Positions 37,394-47,556 are shown, counted from the stretch's first letter. The stretch is 64,000 nt of DNA from Candidatus Eiseniibacteriota bacterium (GCA_965224245.1 OZ245046.1:2112001-2176000), one strand, 5' to 3'. Made by a program: numbers and translations. The notes: generated by a model from the letters alone, not told the origin.

Positions 37394-40300
37394 ATGCGCG
37401 CGTCCCTGGTCGCGGTCACGGTGCTGATGCTGCTCGGCAGCACGACCGCCACCGCCGACGTCTTCACAGACTATCAGCGCCCCCGCTCCAACGACGTCAT
37501 CACGCCGCGCCTCGCCGAGCGCATCGCGAGCGCCCGTCGGCCCGGCGACGTCGAGCGCGTGTGGGTGTATTTTGTGGACAAGGGCATCGGCTCCGACGCC
37601 GAGCTCCGGGCCGCGCTCCCGGCCATCCGCGAGACGTTCTCCGGGGCTGCGCTGGAGCGAATCGACCGCCGCGGCGTCCCGCTCACGATCACGCACGCGC
37701 CGGTGCGCGAGGACTACGTGGCCGGGGTCGAGGCCACGGGCGCCGACGTCCAGCGCACGCTCACGTGGTTCAACGCGGTGGTCGCCGCGGCCACCGGGGC
37801 CGAGATCGATGCGATCGCGGCCCTGCCCTACGTGGCCGCGATCGACGTCGTCCGGGGCAGGACCGTCGTCCCCGACCCGGTCGATCTCCTGGGTCGGGCA
37901 CCCGGACGAACCGATCGGGTCCCGGAGACCGAGCGCGGGCAGGTGGCCAACTTCTACGGTCTGGCGTTCACGCAGTACGACAAGATCCAGGTGGACGAGG
38001 CGCACGCGGCCGGCTACACGGGCAAGGGCGTCCGGATCCTGATGCTCGACTCGGGCTTCGACAAGCGGCACCCCGTCTTCCACGACACCGAGCTGGTTGG
38101 CGAGCACGACTTCGTCCAGGACGACGACGTCACGTGGTCCGAGCCGGACGGCTCGCCGCCCGATCGCCGCTGCGACGACAGTCACGGCACGTCGACCTGG
38201 TCGCTGACCGGCGGCTACTACCCGGGGACGATGGTCGGCGTGGCCTTCGAGGCCGAGTTCGCCGTGGGCCGCACCGAGTACGCGCCGACCGAGACCCACG
38301 GTGAGGAGGACTTCTGGGCCGAGGCCGTGCAGTGGTCGTTCGACGAGGTGGGTGCGGACATCATCAGCTCGTCGCTCGGCTATCGCTACGACTTCGACAG
38401 CGGCGGGGACTACACCTTCGACGACCTCGACGGCAAGACGACCATCGTCGCCCAGGCCGCGAACGTCGCCACCCAGGGCGGCATCCTCGTGGTCAACTCC
38501 GCCGGCAACGAGGGTCGCCGGGGCGCGGGGTCGATCAACTCTCCCTCCGACTCCGACTCGGTGCTCGCGATCGGGGCCATCGACGCCCGGGCCGAGGAGG
38601 AGACGGAGTTCAGCTCCATCGGGCCCGTGGCGCCCGCGTGCGACGGATGTCCCTCACGCATCAAGCCCAACGTGATGGCGCCGGGCATAGAGGTGTACGG
38701 GGCCAACGCCGAGGACTGTGGCTTCTTCGAGGACGAGATCTACAACGGGTTCCTGGCCGGCACGTCGTTCTCGTGCCCGATCACCGCGGGCGCGGCCGCG
38801 CTGATCCTGGAGGCGCATCCGACCTGGACGCCTCATCAGATCCGGAACGCTTTCCAGGAGACCACCCGCGAGAGCCAGGAGGGCATCAACCCGTCCACGA
38901 CCAAGGGCTGGGGCGCGATCCGCGTACTCGATGCGATCGAGTACGACACGCCGAGCGCGCCGGCGCTCCCGATGCCGTTCGATCTGATCTCCCCCGAGCC
39001 GTTCGTGCTGACGGAGACGCCGGCCGCGGCGTCGACGCCGGCCTTCGAGTGGTACCGCTCGCTTCCGGGGCGCGATCCGCGGCAGTCGCAATACACGGTC
39101 GAGGTGGCCACCGACTTCGAGTTCACCGACGTGATCGCCACGATCGATGCGGACGTCGATACCACCGCCAGCGCGGCGGCGCCGATTCCCGAGGGCTTCT
39201 ACTACTGGCGCGTGAAGTCGGCCCCCTCGGCCGCGAGCAGCTTCGTCAGGGAGTCACGCCAGCGCACGCGGTTCCTGATCGACGTCGCGCCGGAGCCCTT
39301 CGCGCTGCTCACGCCGGCCGAGGGCGACACGGTCCGTACGACGCTCCGCCCCACGCTCACGTGGGAGGCCTCGAAGGATACGAGCCCCGGCGACACGCTT
39401 CGCTACGCGGTGACCTACGACACGTCGCCGACGTTCGACGCCCGTCCGAGGACCTTCGGCGGCATCACGAGCACGAGCTTCACGATCCCGGCCGGATCGG
39501 AGCTGGGTGAGAACCGCAAGCACTACTGGAAGGTGTCGGTGAAGGACCGCTTCGGCGCCGCGGCAGGCTCGTCCGTGCAGTCGTTCTTCGTCGCGCCGTT
39601 CCCGCCCGGCCCGTTCACGCTCACGACCCCGGCGGACGGCGACACGGTGTCGACGCTCCGCCCCACGCTCACGTGGACGGCCAGCGTCGATCCCTCGCCC
39701 ACGGACGTGGTTCGCTACCGCATCCTGATGGGATCCTCCCCGACCTCGATGACCGCGCTGCAGTCCAACACGATCCTCGAGACGTCCATCCGCGTTCCGC
39801 TGGATCGACTCGTGGACGACCGCGCCTACTACTGGACCGTCATCGCGGTGGACAGCTTCGGGAACGAGACGGCCGCCTCGGACACGTTCCTCGTCCGGAC
39901 GCTCCTCGGGCCCCAGCCGTTCGCCCTCACGACCCCCGAGGACGGCGCCATCGTGTACCGGAGTCGTCCCACGTTTCGCTGGGACGAGGCCCATCACGAG
40001 CGCGCCGGCGAGACCGTCACCTATCGACTCGAGGTGTCCGACACACCGACGTTCTCGACGCTTCTGGTCGACGTGCCCGACCTGGACACCCCGGTGACCG
40101 TCCTCCGGGAGGATCTGCCCGACGCCGGCACGTTCTACTGGCGCGTTCAGGCCCGCGACTCCGCCGATCGCGCCACGTGGAGCACCGACGTCTTCTCGTT
40201 CGAGAAGCACCCGGCACCCGACGCGTTCGTGGTCTCGTCCGGCCCGAATCCGTTCATTCCGGAGCGTCGGGCGTTCGCGATCACGTACGACGTGCCGGCC

Positions 40301-40519
40301 GAGCTCGGAGGCGCCGTCGTCGACGCCGCCATTCTCGACGTGTCCGGTCGCGTGATCCGCCGTCTCGACCGGACGAGCGCGGCGATCGGAAGCGACCGCG
40401 AGCTCCTCTGGGACGGTCGCGCCGACAACGGATCGCGCGTGCCCGCCGGCGTGTACTACGTGCGGCTGGCGGTGGGACCCCGGGAGACCATCGAGCGCGT
40501 GGTGCTGCTGGCGCGCTGA
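37394..40519 (+). CDS. Secreted S8 subtilisin-like serine peptidase with about 4 FN3-like repeats and FlgD-Ig C-terminus
   Basis: Triad MLDSGF / SHGT / GTSFSCP, oxyanion NSAGNEG; repeats PF.L..P..G...P...W...YYW.V; GPNPF...WDGR.DNG..VPAGVYY. Confidence 0.92.
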   Translation: MRASLVAVTVLMLLGSTTATADVFTDYQRPRSNDVITPRLAERIASARRPGDVERVWVYFVDKGIGSDAELRAALPAIRETFSGAALERIDRRGVPLTITHAPVREDYVAGVEATGADVQRTLTWFNAVVAAATGAEIDAIAALPYVAAIDVVRGRTVVPDPVDLLGRAPGRTDRVPETERGQVANFYGLAFTQYDKIQVDEAHAAGYTGKGVRILMLDSGFDKRHPVFHDTELVGEHDFVQDDDVTWSEPDGSPPDRRCDDSHGTSTWSLTGGYYPGTMVGVAFEAEFAVGRTEYAPTETHGEEDFWAEAVQWSFDEVGADIISSSLGYRYDFDSGGDYTFDDLDGKTTIVAQAANVATQGGILVVNSAGNEGRRGAGSINSPSDSDSVLAIGAIDARAEEETEFSSIGPVAPACDGCPSRIKPNVMAPGIEVYGANAEDCGFFEDEIYNGFLAGTSFSCPITAGAAALILEAHPTWTPHQIRNAFQETTRESQEGINPSTTKGWGAIRVLDAIEYDTPSAPALPMPFDLISPEPFVLTETPAAASTPAFEWYRSLPGRDPRQSQYTVEVATDFEFTDVIATIDADVDTTASAAAPIPEGFYYWRVKSAPSAASSFVRESRQRTRFLIDVAPEPFALLTPAEGDTVRTTLRPTLTWEASKDTSPGDTLRYAVTYDTSPTFDARPRTFGGITSTSFTIPAGSELGENRKHYWKVSVKDRFGAAAGSSVQSFFVAPFPPGPFTLTTPADGDTVSTLRPTLTWTASVDPSPTDVVRYRILMGSSPTSMTALQSNTILETSIRVPLDRLVDDRAYYWTVIAVDSFGNETAASDTFLVRTLLGPQPFALTTPEDGAIVYRSRPTFRWDEAHHERAGETVTYRLEVSDTPTFSTLLVDVPDLDTPVTVLREDLPDAGTFYWRVQARDSADRATWSTDVFSFEKHPAPDAFVVSSGPNPFIPERRAFAITYDVPAELGGAVVDAAILDVSGRVIRRLDRTSAAIGSDRELLWDGRADNGSRVPAGVYYVRLAVGPRETIERVVLLAR

Positions 40520-40537
40520 CGGATCGCCTCGCGGGCG

Positions 40538-42067
40538 CTACGCGGCGACGCGGGGCGGTGACGTCTCGTCGACGTCGACGTCGGCGGCCGGGTCGGTGTA
40601 GACGTCGAGCATGATGGCGGGGAGCGATACCTTCAGGGCGTCGATGACCCCCCCGTCCCAGGTCGTGCCACGCCCCTCCTCCAGGATCGCGAGCGTCTCC
40701 TCGACGGTACACGCTTCCTTGTAGACGCGGCGTGAGAGGATCGCGTCGAACGCATCCGCCACCGAGATGATGCGCGCCGGCATCGGAAGCCGATCGCCCG
40801 GGATGCCGTACGGGCCCGAGCCGTCGATCTTCTCGTGGTGGTAGGCCGCGATCGTGGGGACGTCCCGGAGGTGGTGCGGGAAGCGGATCTTGGCCAGGAT
40901 GTCCTCGGTCAGCGCCGCGTGCTGCGACACCTCGTCGTACTCCTTCGGTGTCAGACGATCGGGCTTGAACAGGAGCTCGTCCCGGATCCCTTGCTTGCCC
41001 AGATCGTGCACCAGCGCCGCCACGCTGACGCGCTCGAGCGTGTCGGCGTCCATGTCCATCGTGGTTGCGACGTGCGTCGCGACCTTCTGGACGCGCACCG
41101 AGTGCTCGGCGCCGGCCTCGTCCTTGAGCGCCAGCGAGTGCAGCAACGCGTGCAACGTGGATCGGAAGCCCAGGCGTTGCTCCTCGACGAGGAGGCGGTT
41201 CTCCAGAACGACTCCGATGTAGGTCGCGCAGTACGTCAGGAGCTCGAGATCGTCCTTCGTGAACGGCGCCCCGTCCGCGGCCCGCTTGTCCACCTGCACC
41301 ACGCCGAATGCCGAGTCGTGTCCGATCAACGGCGCCGTGACCGCGGTCTGGATCCGTGCCGCCACCACGCTGTCGGCACCCGGAAGCTCGGCTTCGGACT
41401 TGCTGAACAGGAGCGCTGTGACGTCCCGGAGCACGGTCTCCACGATGGTCCGGCTGAGCTGGGTCTCGCGGGTCGCCCCGTCCCGGGCGCGGACGACGAA
41501 CGGCTCGAGACGTCCGGTCTCGTCGCTCCGGATGACGATGCACGCGTGCGTGGCCTCCGGGAAGGCCGCGAACAGAAACGACGTCAGGACGGTCCCGAGC
41601 TGGCCGGGATCCCGTCGCACGCCGGTCTGGCGCATGAGATCGAGAAAGAGCGTGGCCAGGTGGGGATCCCCGCCGAGCCGAGCCGGGACGTCGGCGCCGG
41701 ACCGCTTCACCGGTCGCGACATCAGCACCGTGGTGCCGGCCGCGTCCCGGAGCACCGGCTCGTCGTCGGGGCTCACCGAGAGCGTGTACGTGCCCAGACG
41801 AAGCACGTCGCCCCGCGCCAGCTCCCACTCCGCGTTCTGGACCAGCGAGGACGTGTCGTCACGGACCACGATCGTGCCGTTGGTGCTTCCGAGATCGCAG
41901 AAGACGAGCTTTCCGCCCGTGAGCGTCACGACGCCGTGCGCCTTCGACACCCGTCGATCGCTGAGGCAGATGTCGCTCTCGGGCGAGCGGCCGATCGTGA
42001 CCTCGTCCTGAACGAACGTTTGTACCCGACGATCTTGCCGGGGCCCGGTGATGGTGATGCGTATCAT
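40538..42067 (-). CDS. FHA-GAF-HD-GYP signalling protein
   Basis: FHA IGRS..DI...VSK.H..DLGSTNGT; GAF; HS.RV, HDLGK, HHEKIDGSGPYG, ARIISVADAFDA. Confidence 0.9.
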   Translation of the reverse strand: MIRITITGPRQDRRVQTFVQDEVTIGRSPESDICLSDRRVSKAHGVVTLTGGKLVFCDLGSTNGTIVVRDDTSSLVQNAEWELARGDVLRLGTYTLSVSPDDEPVLRDAAGTTVLMSRPVKRSGADVPARLGGDPHLATLFLDLMRQTGVRRDPGQLGTVLTSFLFAAFPEATHACIVIRSDETGRLEPFVVRARDGATRETQLSRTIVETVLRDVTALLFSKSEAELPGADSVVAARIQTAVTAPLIGHDSAFGVVQVDKRAADGAPFTKDDLELLTYCATYIGVVLENRLLVEEQRLGFRSTLHALLHSLALKDEAGAEHSVRVQKVATHVATTMDMDADTLERVSVAALVHDLGKQGIRDELLFKPDRLTPKEYDEVSQHAALTEDILAKIRFPHHLRDVPTIAAYHHEKIDGSGPYGIPGDRLPMPARIISVADAFDAILSRRVYKEACTVEETLAILEEGRGTTWDGGVIDALKVSLPAIMLDVYTDPAADVDVDETSPPRVAA

Positions 42068-42143
42068 CCTTCTGAATGTCGGATCCGTCGGGGAATCGCC
42101 GCAATCCGGGGATCGCGGCCGGGCGGATTTGAACCGGCTTCGG

Positions 42144-42290
42144 TCAGCGCCGGAAGTCGGGGCGACCGTCGTCGGACCAGCGCGGCTTGAGCCGCCGGCG
42201 CCGGATCTTGCGGGCGGGGCGGGACATGGATCGGATGACGGCCAGCACCACGATCGCGCTCACGAGCAGGATCAGGAACGTCGTCTTCAC
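42144..42290 (-). CDS. Small single-TM protein (48 aa), not in ORF track
   Basis: MKTTFLILLVSAIVVLAVIRSMSRPARKIRRRRLKPRWSDDGRPDFRR; GTG start with GGGGGA RBS; fills the rhomboid to HD-GYP gap. Confidence 0.55.
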   Translation of the reverse strand: MKTTFLILLVSAIVVLAVIRSMSRPARKIRRRRLKPRWSDDGRPDFRR

Positions 42291-42359
42291 GGCGTGTCCC
42301 CCCATCCGGCCGGAGCGATCGAGCCGTCGGTCGGGAGGGCGGCGGACCCGATCACGCGG

Positions 42360-43115
42360 TCAGGCCCGCGTCCCGCGTCCGGTGGAGTCCCCGGGCTCGT
42401 CGTCGTCGAACTTCATCAGCTCGCGATAGTCGATGACCTGGAGCTTTCGTCGCATGCGCCAGCGCCGGTAGCGCTGGAGGAAAGGCGGCATCCGGATTCC
42501 GCGGCGCAGGAGCACGAACCCGATGGCGGCCCCGGCCAGGTGGATCGCGTGAGCGATGCCGTCGGACGAGTCGGGGTTGCCGATCATGTACAGCACCTCG
42601 ACGCCGATCAGCATCGCCACCACGATCGCGGCCCGCATCGGAATGATGAAGAAGAGGAGCACCGTGGCGTTGGCGAACAGGACACCGAACGCCAGGAGAA
42701 GCCCGTAGATCGCGCCCGAGGCACCGACCGTGGGCGTCGCGTCCATCCAGCGGGCGAACGTCCAGACGACCGCGGCCCCCACTCCGGTGATGAAGTAGTA
42801 CTGCAGGAATCGCGCACGCCCCAGCGCCCGCTCCACCGAGCTGCCGAACATGTACAGGTAGAACATGTTGAACAGCAGGTGGACGAAGTCGCCGTGCAGG
42901 AACAGGTATGTACCGAGCTGCCAGATGCGCCCGTGCAGCACGCCCCAGGAGCTCAGCCCGAAGACGTCGACCCAGGCGACCCAGTAGCGGCCGAGAAGGA
43001 TCTTGGTGGCCAGGAACGTCAGGATGTTCGCGAACAGCAGCATCCTGACGCCCGGCGGAACCGGAGTCCCGAAGCCGCCCATTGGTGTTCCCGAGGAGTA
43101 TCGGTAACTGCTCAC
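42360..43115 (-). CDS. Rhomboid intramembrane serine protease
   Basis: WQLGTYLFLH..HLLFNM, VGASGAIYG, AHAIHLAGA. Confidence 0.93.
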   Translation of the reverse strand: MSSYRYSSGTPMGGFGTPVPPGVRMLLFANILTFLATKILLGRYWVAWVDVFGLSSWGVLHGRIWQLGTYLFLHGDFVHLLFNMFYLYMFGSSVERALGRARFLQYYFITGVGAAVVWTFARWMDATPTVGASGAIYGLLLAFGVLFANATVLLFFIIPMRAAIVVAMLIGVEVLYMIGNPDSSDGIAHAIHLAGAAIGFVLLRRGIRMPPFLQRYRRWRMRRKLQVIDYRELMKFDDDEPGDSTGRGTRA

Positions 43116-43156
43116 GCTGCCTGACCTCTGGGCTCGTTAGGACGTCCGGGCGTCGA

Positions 43157-43588
43157 TCACTTCGTCTCGGCGAGCTTGATCTTCGGAGCCATCGGCTCCT
43201 CGATCTTCGTCGCGACCTCCTTGGCCCCGCCCATCACGCAGTTGCCCTGGAAGAAGGCGCCGTCCTCGATCTTGAACGTGGCCGACTGGACGTCGCCCTC
43301 GAGACGAGAACCCCCGAGGAGCACCACGCGTTCCTTCGACTTGATCTTTCCGACCACGCGGCCGGCGATCTCGGCGCCTCCAGAGTCGATGTCGGCCTTC
43401 ACCACGCCCGTCTTGCCCACCACGAGCGCGTTCGAGACCGAGATCTGGCCCTCCACCTCGCCGTCGATCCGGAGATCGCCGTCGACGCAGAGCTCGCCGG
43501 AAAACCGAGTACCGTCACCGATCACAGTCTCGAGACGCTGCTGGGGGACGTGGCCGCCTTCGTACGACGGGGAATCCTTGCGGAACAT
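43157..43588 (-). CDS. Bactofilin (polymer-forming cytoskeletal protein)
   Basis: TVIGDGT.FSG....GDLRIDG.VEG.I, G.V.G.I, IEDGAFFQG.C.M; GGAGG RBS. Confidence 0.92.
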   Translation of the reverse strand: MFRKDSPSYEGGHVPQQRLETVIGDGTRFSGELCVDGDLRIDGEVEGQISVSNALVVGKTGVVKADIDSGGAEIAGRVVGKIKSKERVVLLGGSRLEGDVQSATFKIEDGAFFQGNCVMGGAKEVATKIEEPMAPKIKLAETK

Positions 43589-43785
43589 TCAGGCCTCCAT
43601 TCCTGTGTGAGACATCCGTCCCAAGGGGACATACTCGGTGTTCGACCATTCACGCCACTTCTTGAGGCGCGGGCTGGGAACGGACTGGGGGCCCCGAGAC
43701 GCTGCGTCGCGGGCCTCGGCCGGCGGTCGATCGCGGAACTCGGAGGGCCGGAATCTAGCACGCCGGCCACGGCACCGCCAGCGGT

Positions 43786-45594
43786 CTAGGTCGACTCGGG
43801 AACGCGCAGCACGAGGATGGTCTGGTCGTCCTCGGGGGTCTCGCGCGGGCTGAACGCCTGGACCGCCCGGATCACGGCCTCTCCGATCGCGCGTGCGCTC
43901 ACCGGGCTTCCGGGGTCGTCTCCGGACGGTGCCGACACGGCCCCGCGCACGGCGGCCAGGAGCCGGGGCTCGTCGAACACCTCCTCCTCGTCGTCCGGGG
44001 CGGTCGCCTCGGTGAAGCCGTCGGTGTACATGACCAGCGCGTCCCCGGGATGGAGATCCCGCACCGCGGGCAGATACGTCGCGTCGGGGAACGCCCCCAG
44101 GATCGTGCCCCCGGTGGAGAGCCACTCCACCTCCCCCGACCGGCGAAGCAAGAGCGGCGGGTTGTGCCCGGCGTTCACGAACGTCAATCGCCGGTCGGCG
44201 GTGTTCAGCACCCCGTAGAACGCCGTGACGAAGGCCATGTCGTCCGTGCTGTCGTAGAGCAGGTGATTGAGCTCGCCCATGATCTCGGAGATCCCGTACG
44301 TGTTGCGAACCTCGCTCAGGAGCCCCGCGCGGACCGACGCCATGATCAGCGCGGCCGGCACCCCCTTGCCACTCACGTCGGCCACGACGAGCCCCACGTC
44401 GTTCGGCGAGACCCGGATCACGTCGTGGTAGTCGCCGCTCATCTCGAACGACGTGCGCTGTTCGCCCCACAGCTCGATCCCCGTGACCAGCGGCATGCGG
44501 CGGGGTTGAAACAGACGCTGGATGCGCCGCGCCAGCGCCAGCTCGCCGTCGATGCGCCGCTTCGCCTCGCGGAGCCGTCGCGTTCGTTCGCGGGCGACGG
44601 CCACCGACGCGATCGCCGCGAAGGCCTCGAGACGGTGCAGATCCCGGCGGCCGAACGCGGCGGGCCGGTCGCTCTCGATGTTGAATGCGCCGACCACCGC
44701 GTCGTGGCCCGGCTCGGCCCCGCGAAACGGGACGACCAGCTCCGACCGGGTCTCCGGTCGCGCCGTGACGTAGCTCGGATGCGTGAGCACGTCGTCGACG
44801 AGGACCGGCTTGCCCTCCGCGGCGGCCAGACCGACGAGCCCGCGCCCCAGCTTCAGCGCCAGGCGATGCTGCGCACCGGGCGGGTAGCCCCGGTGCTCGA
44901 GCCACTCGAGGGCGTCCCCCCGCGGGTCCACGAGGTAGATGCCGGCCGCGTCGTAGCGCACGAGCCGCTGGAGCTGATCGAGCAGCCGCTCGAGGAGGGT
45001 CTCGACGTCCATCGCCCGTCCCAGGTCCAGGCTGATCTCGTACAGGAGCTCATTCTCGGCGATCAGGTCGCGGCGTTCGTGATGCAGGAAGGCGTTGGAG
45101 AGCGACATGACGATGTCCTCGCCGACCGCTTCCAGGAACGCGATCGCGTCGGCGTCGAAGGGCTCCCTCCCGGATCGGCGGGAGACCTCGAGGACGCCGC
45201 GCAGGACGCCGGCGTGCACCATCGGGACGACCACCATCGGACCCACCGGGTAGCCGCACTCCGCCGAGTACCGCGGCACGTACGACGGGTCGGTCGAGAG
45301 GTCGCCCAGCACCCGGGGCGCGCGATCGGCGATCACGTCGGCCACGAAGCGGCGCGTGGGGGCGTCCACGACGACGGGATGATCCCAGCGGATCTCGTCG
45401 TAGAGCATGAGGTACGAGCCGGTGCGTCCGTCCTCGGAGAGCCACAGCAGGCTGACCGCGTCGGCATCCACGGTCCGGGTCACGCGCTCGCGGATCGTCC
45501 CCAGGAGATCGGGCAGGTGAGCCACGTCGTTGAAGGCGCGGGCGGCGGCGACCAGGTGAGGGTACAGACCGGGCGAGGGGTCGAAGCCGCTCAT
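43786..45594 (-). CDS. 2xGAF + PP2C/SpoIIE (RsbU-like) phosphatase
   Basis: ELALARRIQ, SGDYHD, VADVSGKGVPAAL, NAGHNPP, YTDG.TEA, DDQT. Confidence 0.93.
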   Translation of the reverse strand: MSGFDPSPGLYPHLVAAARAFNDVAHLPDLLGTIRERVTRTVDADAVSLLWLSEDGRTGSYLMLYDEIRWDHPVVVDAPTRRFVADVIADRAPRVLGDLSTDPSYVPRYSAECGYPVGPMVVVPMVHAGVLRGVLEVSRRSGREPFDADAIAFLEAVGEDIVMSLSNAFLHHERRDLIAENELLYEISLDLGRAMDVETLLERLLDQLQRLVRYDAAGIYLVDPRGDALEWLEHRGYPPGAQHRLALKLGRGLVGLAAAEGKPVLVDDVLTHPSYVTARPETRSELVVPFRGAEPGHDAVVGAFNIESDRPAAFGRRDLHRLEAFAAIASVAVARERTRRLREAKRRIDGELALARRIQRLFQPRRMPLVTGIELWGEQRTSFEMSGDYHDVIRVSPNDVGLVVADVSGKGVPAALIMASVRAGLLSEVRNTYGISEIMGELNHLLYDSTDDMAFVTAFYGVLNTADRRLTFVNAGHNPPLLLRRSGEVEWLSTGGTILGAFPDATYLPAVRDLHPGDALVMYTDGFTEATAPDDEEEVFDEPRLLAAVRGAVSAPSGDDPGSPVSARAIGEAVIRAVQAFSPRETPEDDQTILVLRVPEST

Positions 45595-47165
45595 GACGCG
45601 TCCCCGATCGTCCCGTGCACGACCACCCCACCGCGCAGCGTGGCGCGAAGCGGGGCGGCGAGGATGGCCGCCGGCTCGTCCGATCGCGTGTCCACGACCA
45701 CGAGGTCCGCGGGGAGCCCGTCGTCGATGCGACCGCCGTGGCGACCGGTCACCGCGCGACCGGCCGCCGTGTAGGCCCGGACCGCATCGGCCAGCGTCAG
45801 GCGTTCGGCCGGGTTGGGATGCGCGATCGCGCCGGTCAGCCCGAACGCGGGTCCCATCGGCATCGAGTCCGACCCGAACGCCAGGGGGACCCCCGCCCGC
45901 ACCATCGATGCGAACGCGTTCGTGGCGGCCGCTCGCGCGGGCCCGAGCCGGATCTCGTAGAGACCTCCCGGCCCGGCCCAGCGGGCGACGAAGTTGGGCT
46001 GCATCGACGCGAGCACGCCCAGAGCGGCCATACGCTCACGTTGCGCGGGATGGGTCAGCTCGACGTGCTCGAGCCGATCGCCGGGACGGACGCCCGCGTC
46101 CTCGAGGGCATCCAGGGCCCGCGTGACCGCCGCGTCGCCGATCACGTGCGTGGCGCATGGCAGCCCCGCGGCGTGGACCGTCCGATAGGCCCGGGCCAGA
46201 TCCTCGCGCGACCACAGGAGCTGACCGCACCGGGGCTCTCGGGGCGACGACGGCGCGGTGCCGGACGACGCGCCGTCCAGGTACGGGCGCTCGAGCGCGG
46301 CCGTGCGCGCCCCGATCGAGCCGTCCAGGAAGAACTTCACCCCCGCCACGCGCACCGACCCGTCTGCGCTGGGCTCGAGGTCGGCCGCCGTCGCGGAGCG
46401 GAAGTGCGCGTACCGGAGGTAGGCATCGACGTCCAGTGCGGCGGGTCGGCGCGCTCGGGCGCGCGTGTCGGCCCAGGCGCGAAGCGCCCGCAGCTCTGGC
46501 AGGCGCACGAAGTCGTGCACACAGCTGACGCCGCTGCGTTCGGCATGCGCGAGCGCCGCATCCAGCGCCCGCGGTGCCTCGGCGTCCAGACCCGGCAGCC
46601 GGGTCGTGACGCCCATCGCCGCCTCCTCCACCAGACGTCCCGTCGGCGGATCGACGTCCGAACCCGCCGGCAGCAGCGCGAGCGCGGCCGAGTTCACGAC
46701 CGCCGTGTGGGTGCACGCCCGCCGGGCCACGATCGGACGGTCCGTCGACAGCCGATCCAGATCCTCGCGCTCGAGCGGCCGGGGATCGTCCACCCAGTCG
46801 GACTCGTCCCATCCCTCGGCCACGAGGGTCTCGGGAAGATCGGCCTCCGCCAGCGCGGCATCGAGACGCGCCAGGGTCTCGCGCCGCGACCGGGCCCCGC
46901 CCAGGTCGGGCCGGACGGCCAGCTCCCCGATCCACTGGAAGTGCGCGTGAGCGTCGCAGAACGCCGGCAGCACCAGGCGATGGGCCAGCGGGCGTCGGGG
47001 CACGTCGGTCGGGACGTGGCCGCCGTCCGGCGGCCCCACGGCCCGGATCACGCCTCCGTCGATCCAGAGGCTCCGCTCGAGGATGCGCCCGGAGTCCTGG
47101 AGCACGCGCGCACCGGTGAGCACGGTGCAGAGGACGGCGGTCACGGAGTGGTGCGCGTCCGGCAT
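45591..47165 (-). CDS. Amidohydrolase 3 family (YtcJ-like)
   Basis: PAFCDAHAH, H.AVVNS.AL, KFFLDGSIGARTAAL, HVIGD, RLEH, SMQP, FGSD. Confidence 0.9.
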   Translation of the reverse strand: MPDAHHSVTAVLCTVLTGARVLQDSGRILERSLWIDGGVIRAVGPPDGGHVPTDVPRRPLAHRLVLPAFCDAHAHFQWIGELAVRPDLGGARSRRETLARLDAALAEADLPETLVAEGWDESDWVDDPRPLEREDLDRLSTDRPIVARRACTHTAVVNSAALALLPAGSDVDPPTGRLVEEAAMGVTTRLPGLDAEAPRALDAALAHAERSGVSCVHDFVRLPELRALRAWADTRARARRPAALDVDAYLRYAHFRSATAADLEPSADGSVRVAGVKFFLDGSIGARTAALERPYLDGASSGTAPSSPREPRCGQLLWSREDLARAYRTVHAAGLPCATHVIGDAAVTRALDALEDAGVRPGDRLEHVELTHPAQRERMAALGVLASMQPNFVARWAGPGGLYEIRLGPARAAATNAFASMVRAGVPLAFGSDSMPMGPAFGLTGAIAHPNPAERLTLADAVRAYTAAGRAVTGRHGGRIDDGLPADLVVVDTRSDEPAAILAAPLRATLRGGVVVHGTIGDAS

Positions 47166-47214
47166 GCGGCCGGTGCGGACGGCACGGACCCCACGACCCG
47201 CTGGGGGCCGGAGG

Positions 47215-47556
47215 TCAGACCCAGTACAGGATGCGTCCGCAGTTCTCGCACAGGAGGAGGCTCTCGGTGTTCTCGTCCGTGCGGACGGCGGACGTGGGGA
47301 GACCCATGAAGCAGCCCAGGCAGCTCTTGCCCTGCACGGGAACCACGGCCGACACGTAGTCGTACCGCTTGGCGACCCGCTCGTAGATGCCCAGGTCGCC
47401 CTCGTCGATCTCCGCCGCGAGCTTGTTCCGACTCTCGATGAGCTGGTCCAGCTTGTCGATCCGGAAGCCCAGCTTCTCCTCGTGACCCAGACGGACCTCG
47501 CGGATCATGATGTCGAGGTTCTGCAGGCTGACGAGCATCTCGTGGCGTCGATTCAT
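47215..47556 (-). CDS. Short C4-type zinc-ribbon protein (HP0958/CT398-like C-terminus)
   Basis: LVSLQNLD N-terminus; YER, AVVPV, CLGCFMGLP, CENCGRILY. Confidence 0.8.
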   Translation of the reverse strand: MNRRHEMLVSLQNLDIMIREVRLGHEEKLGFRIDKLDQLIESRNKLAAEIDEGDLGIYERVAKRYDYVSAVVPVQGKSCLGCFMGLPTSAVRTDENTESLLLCENCGRILYWV

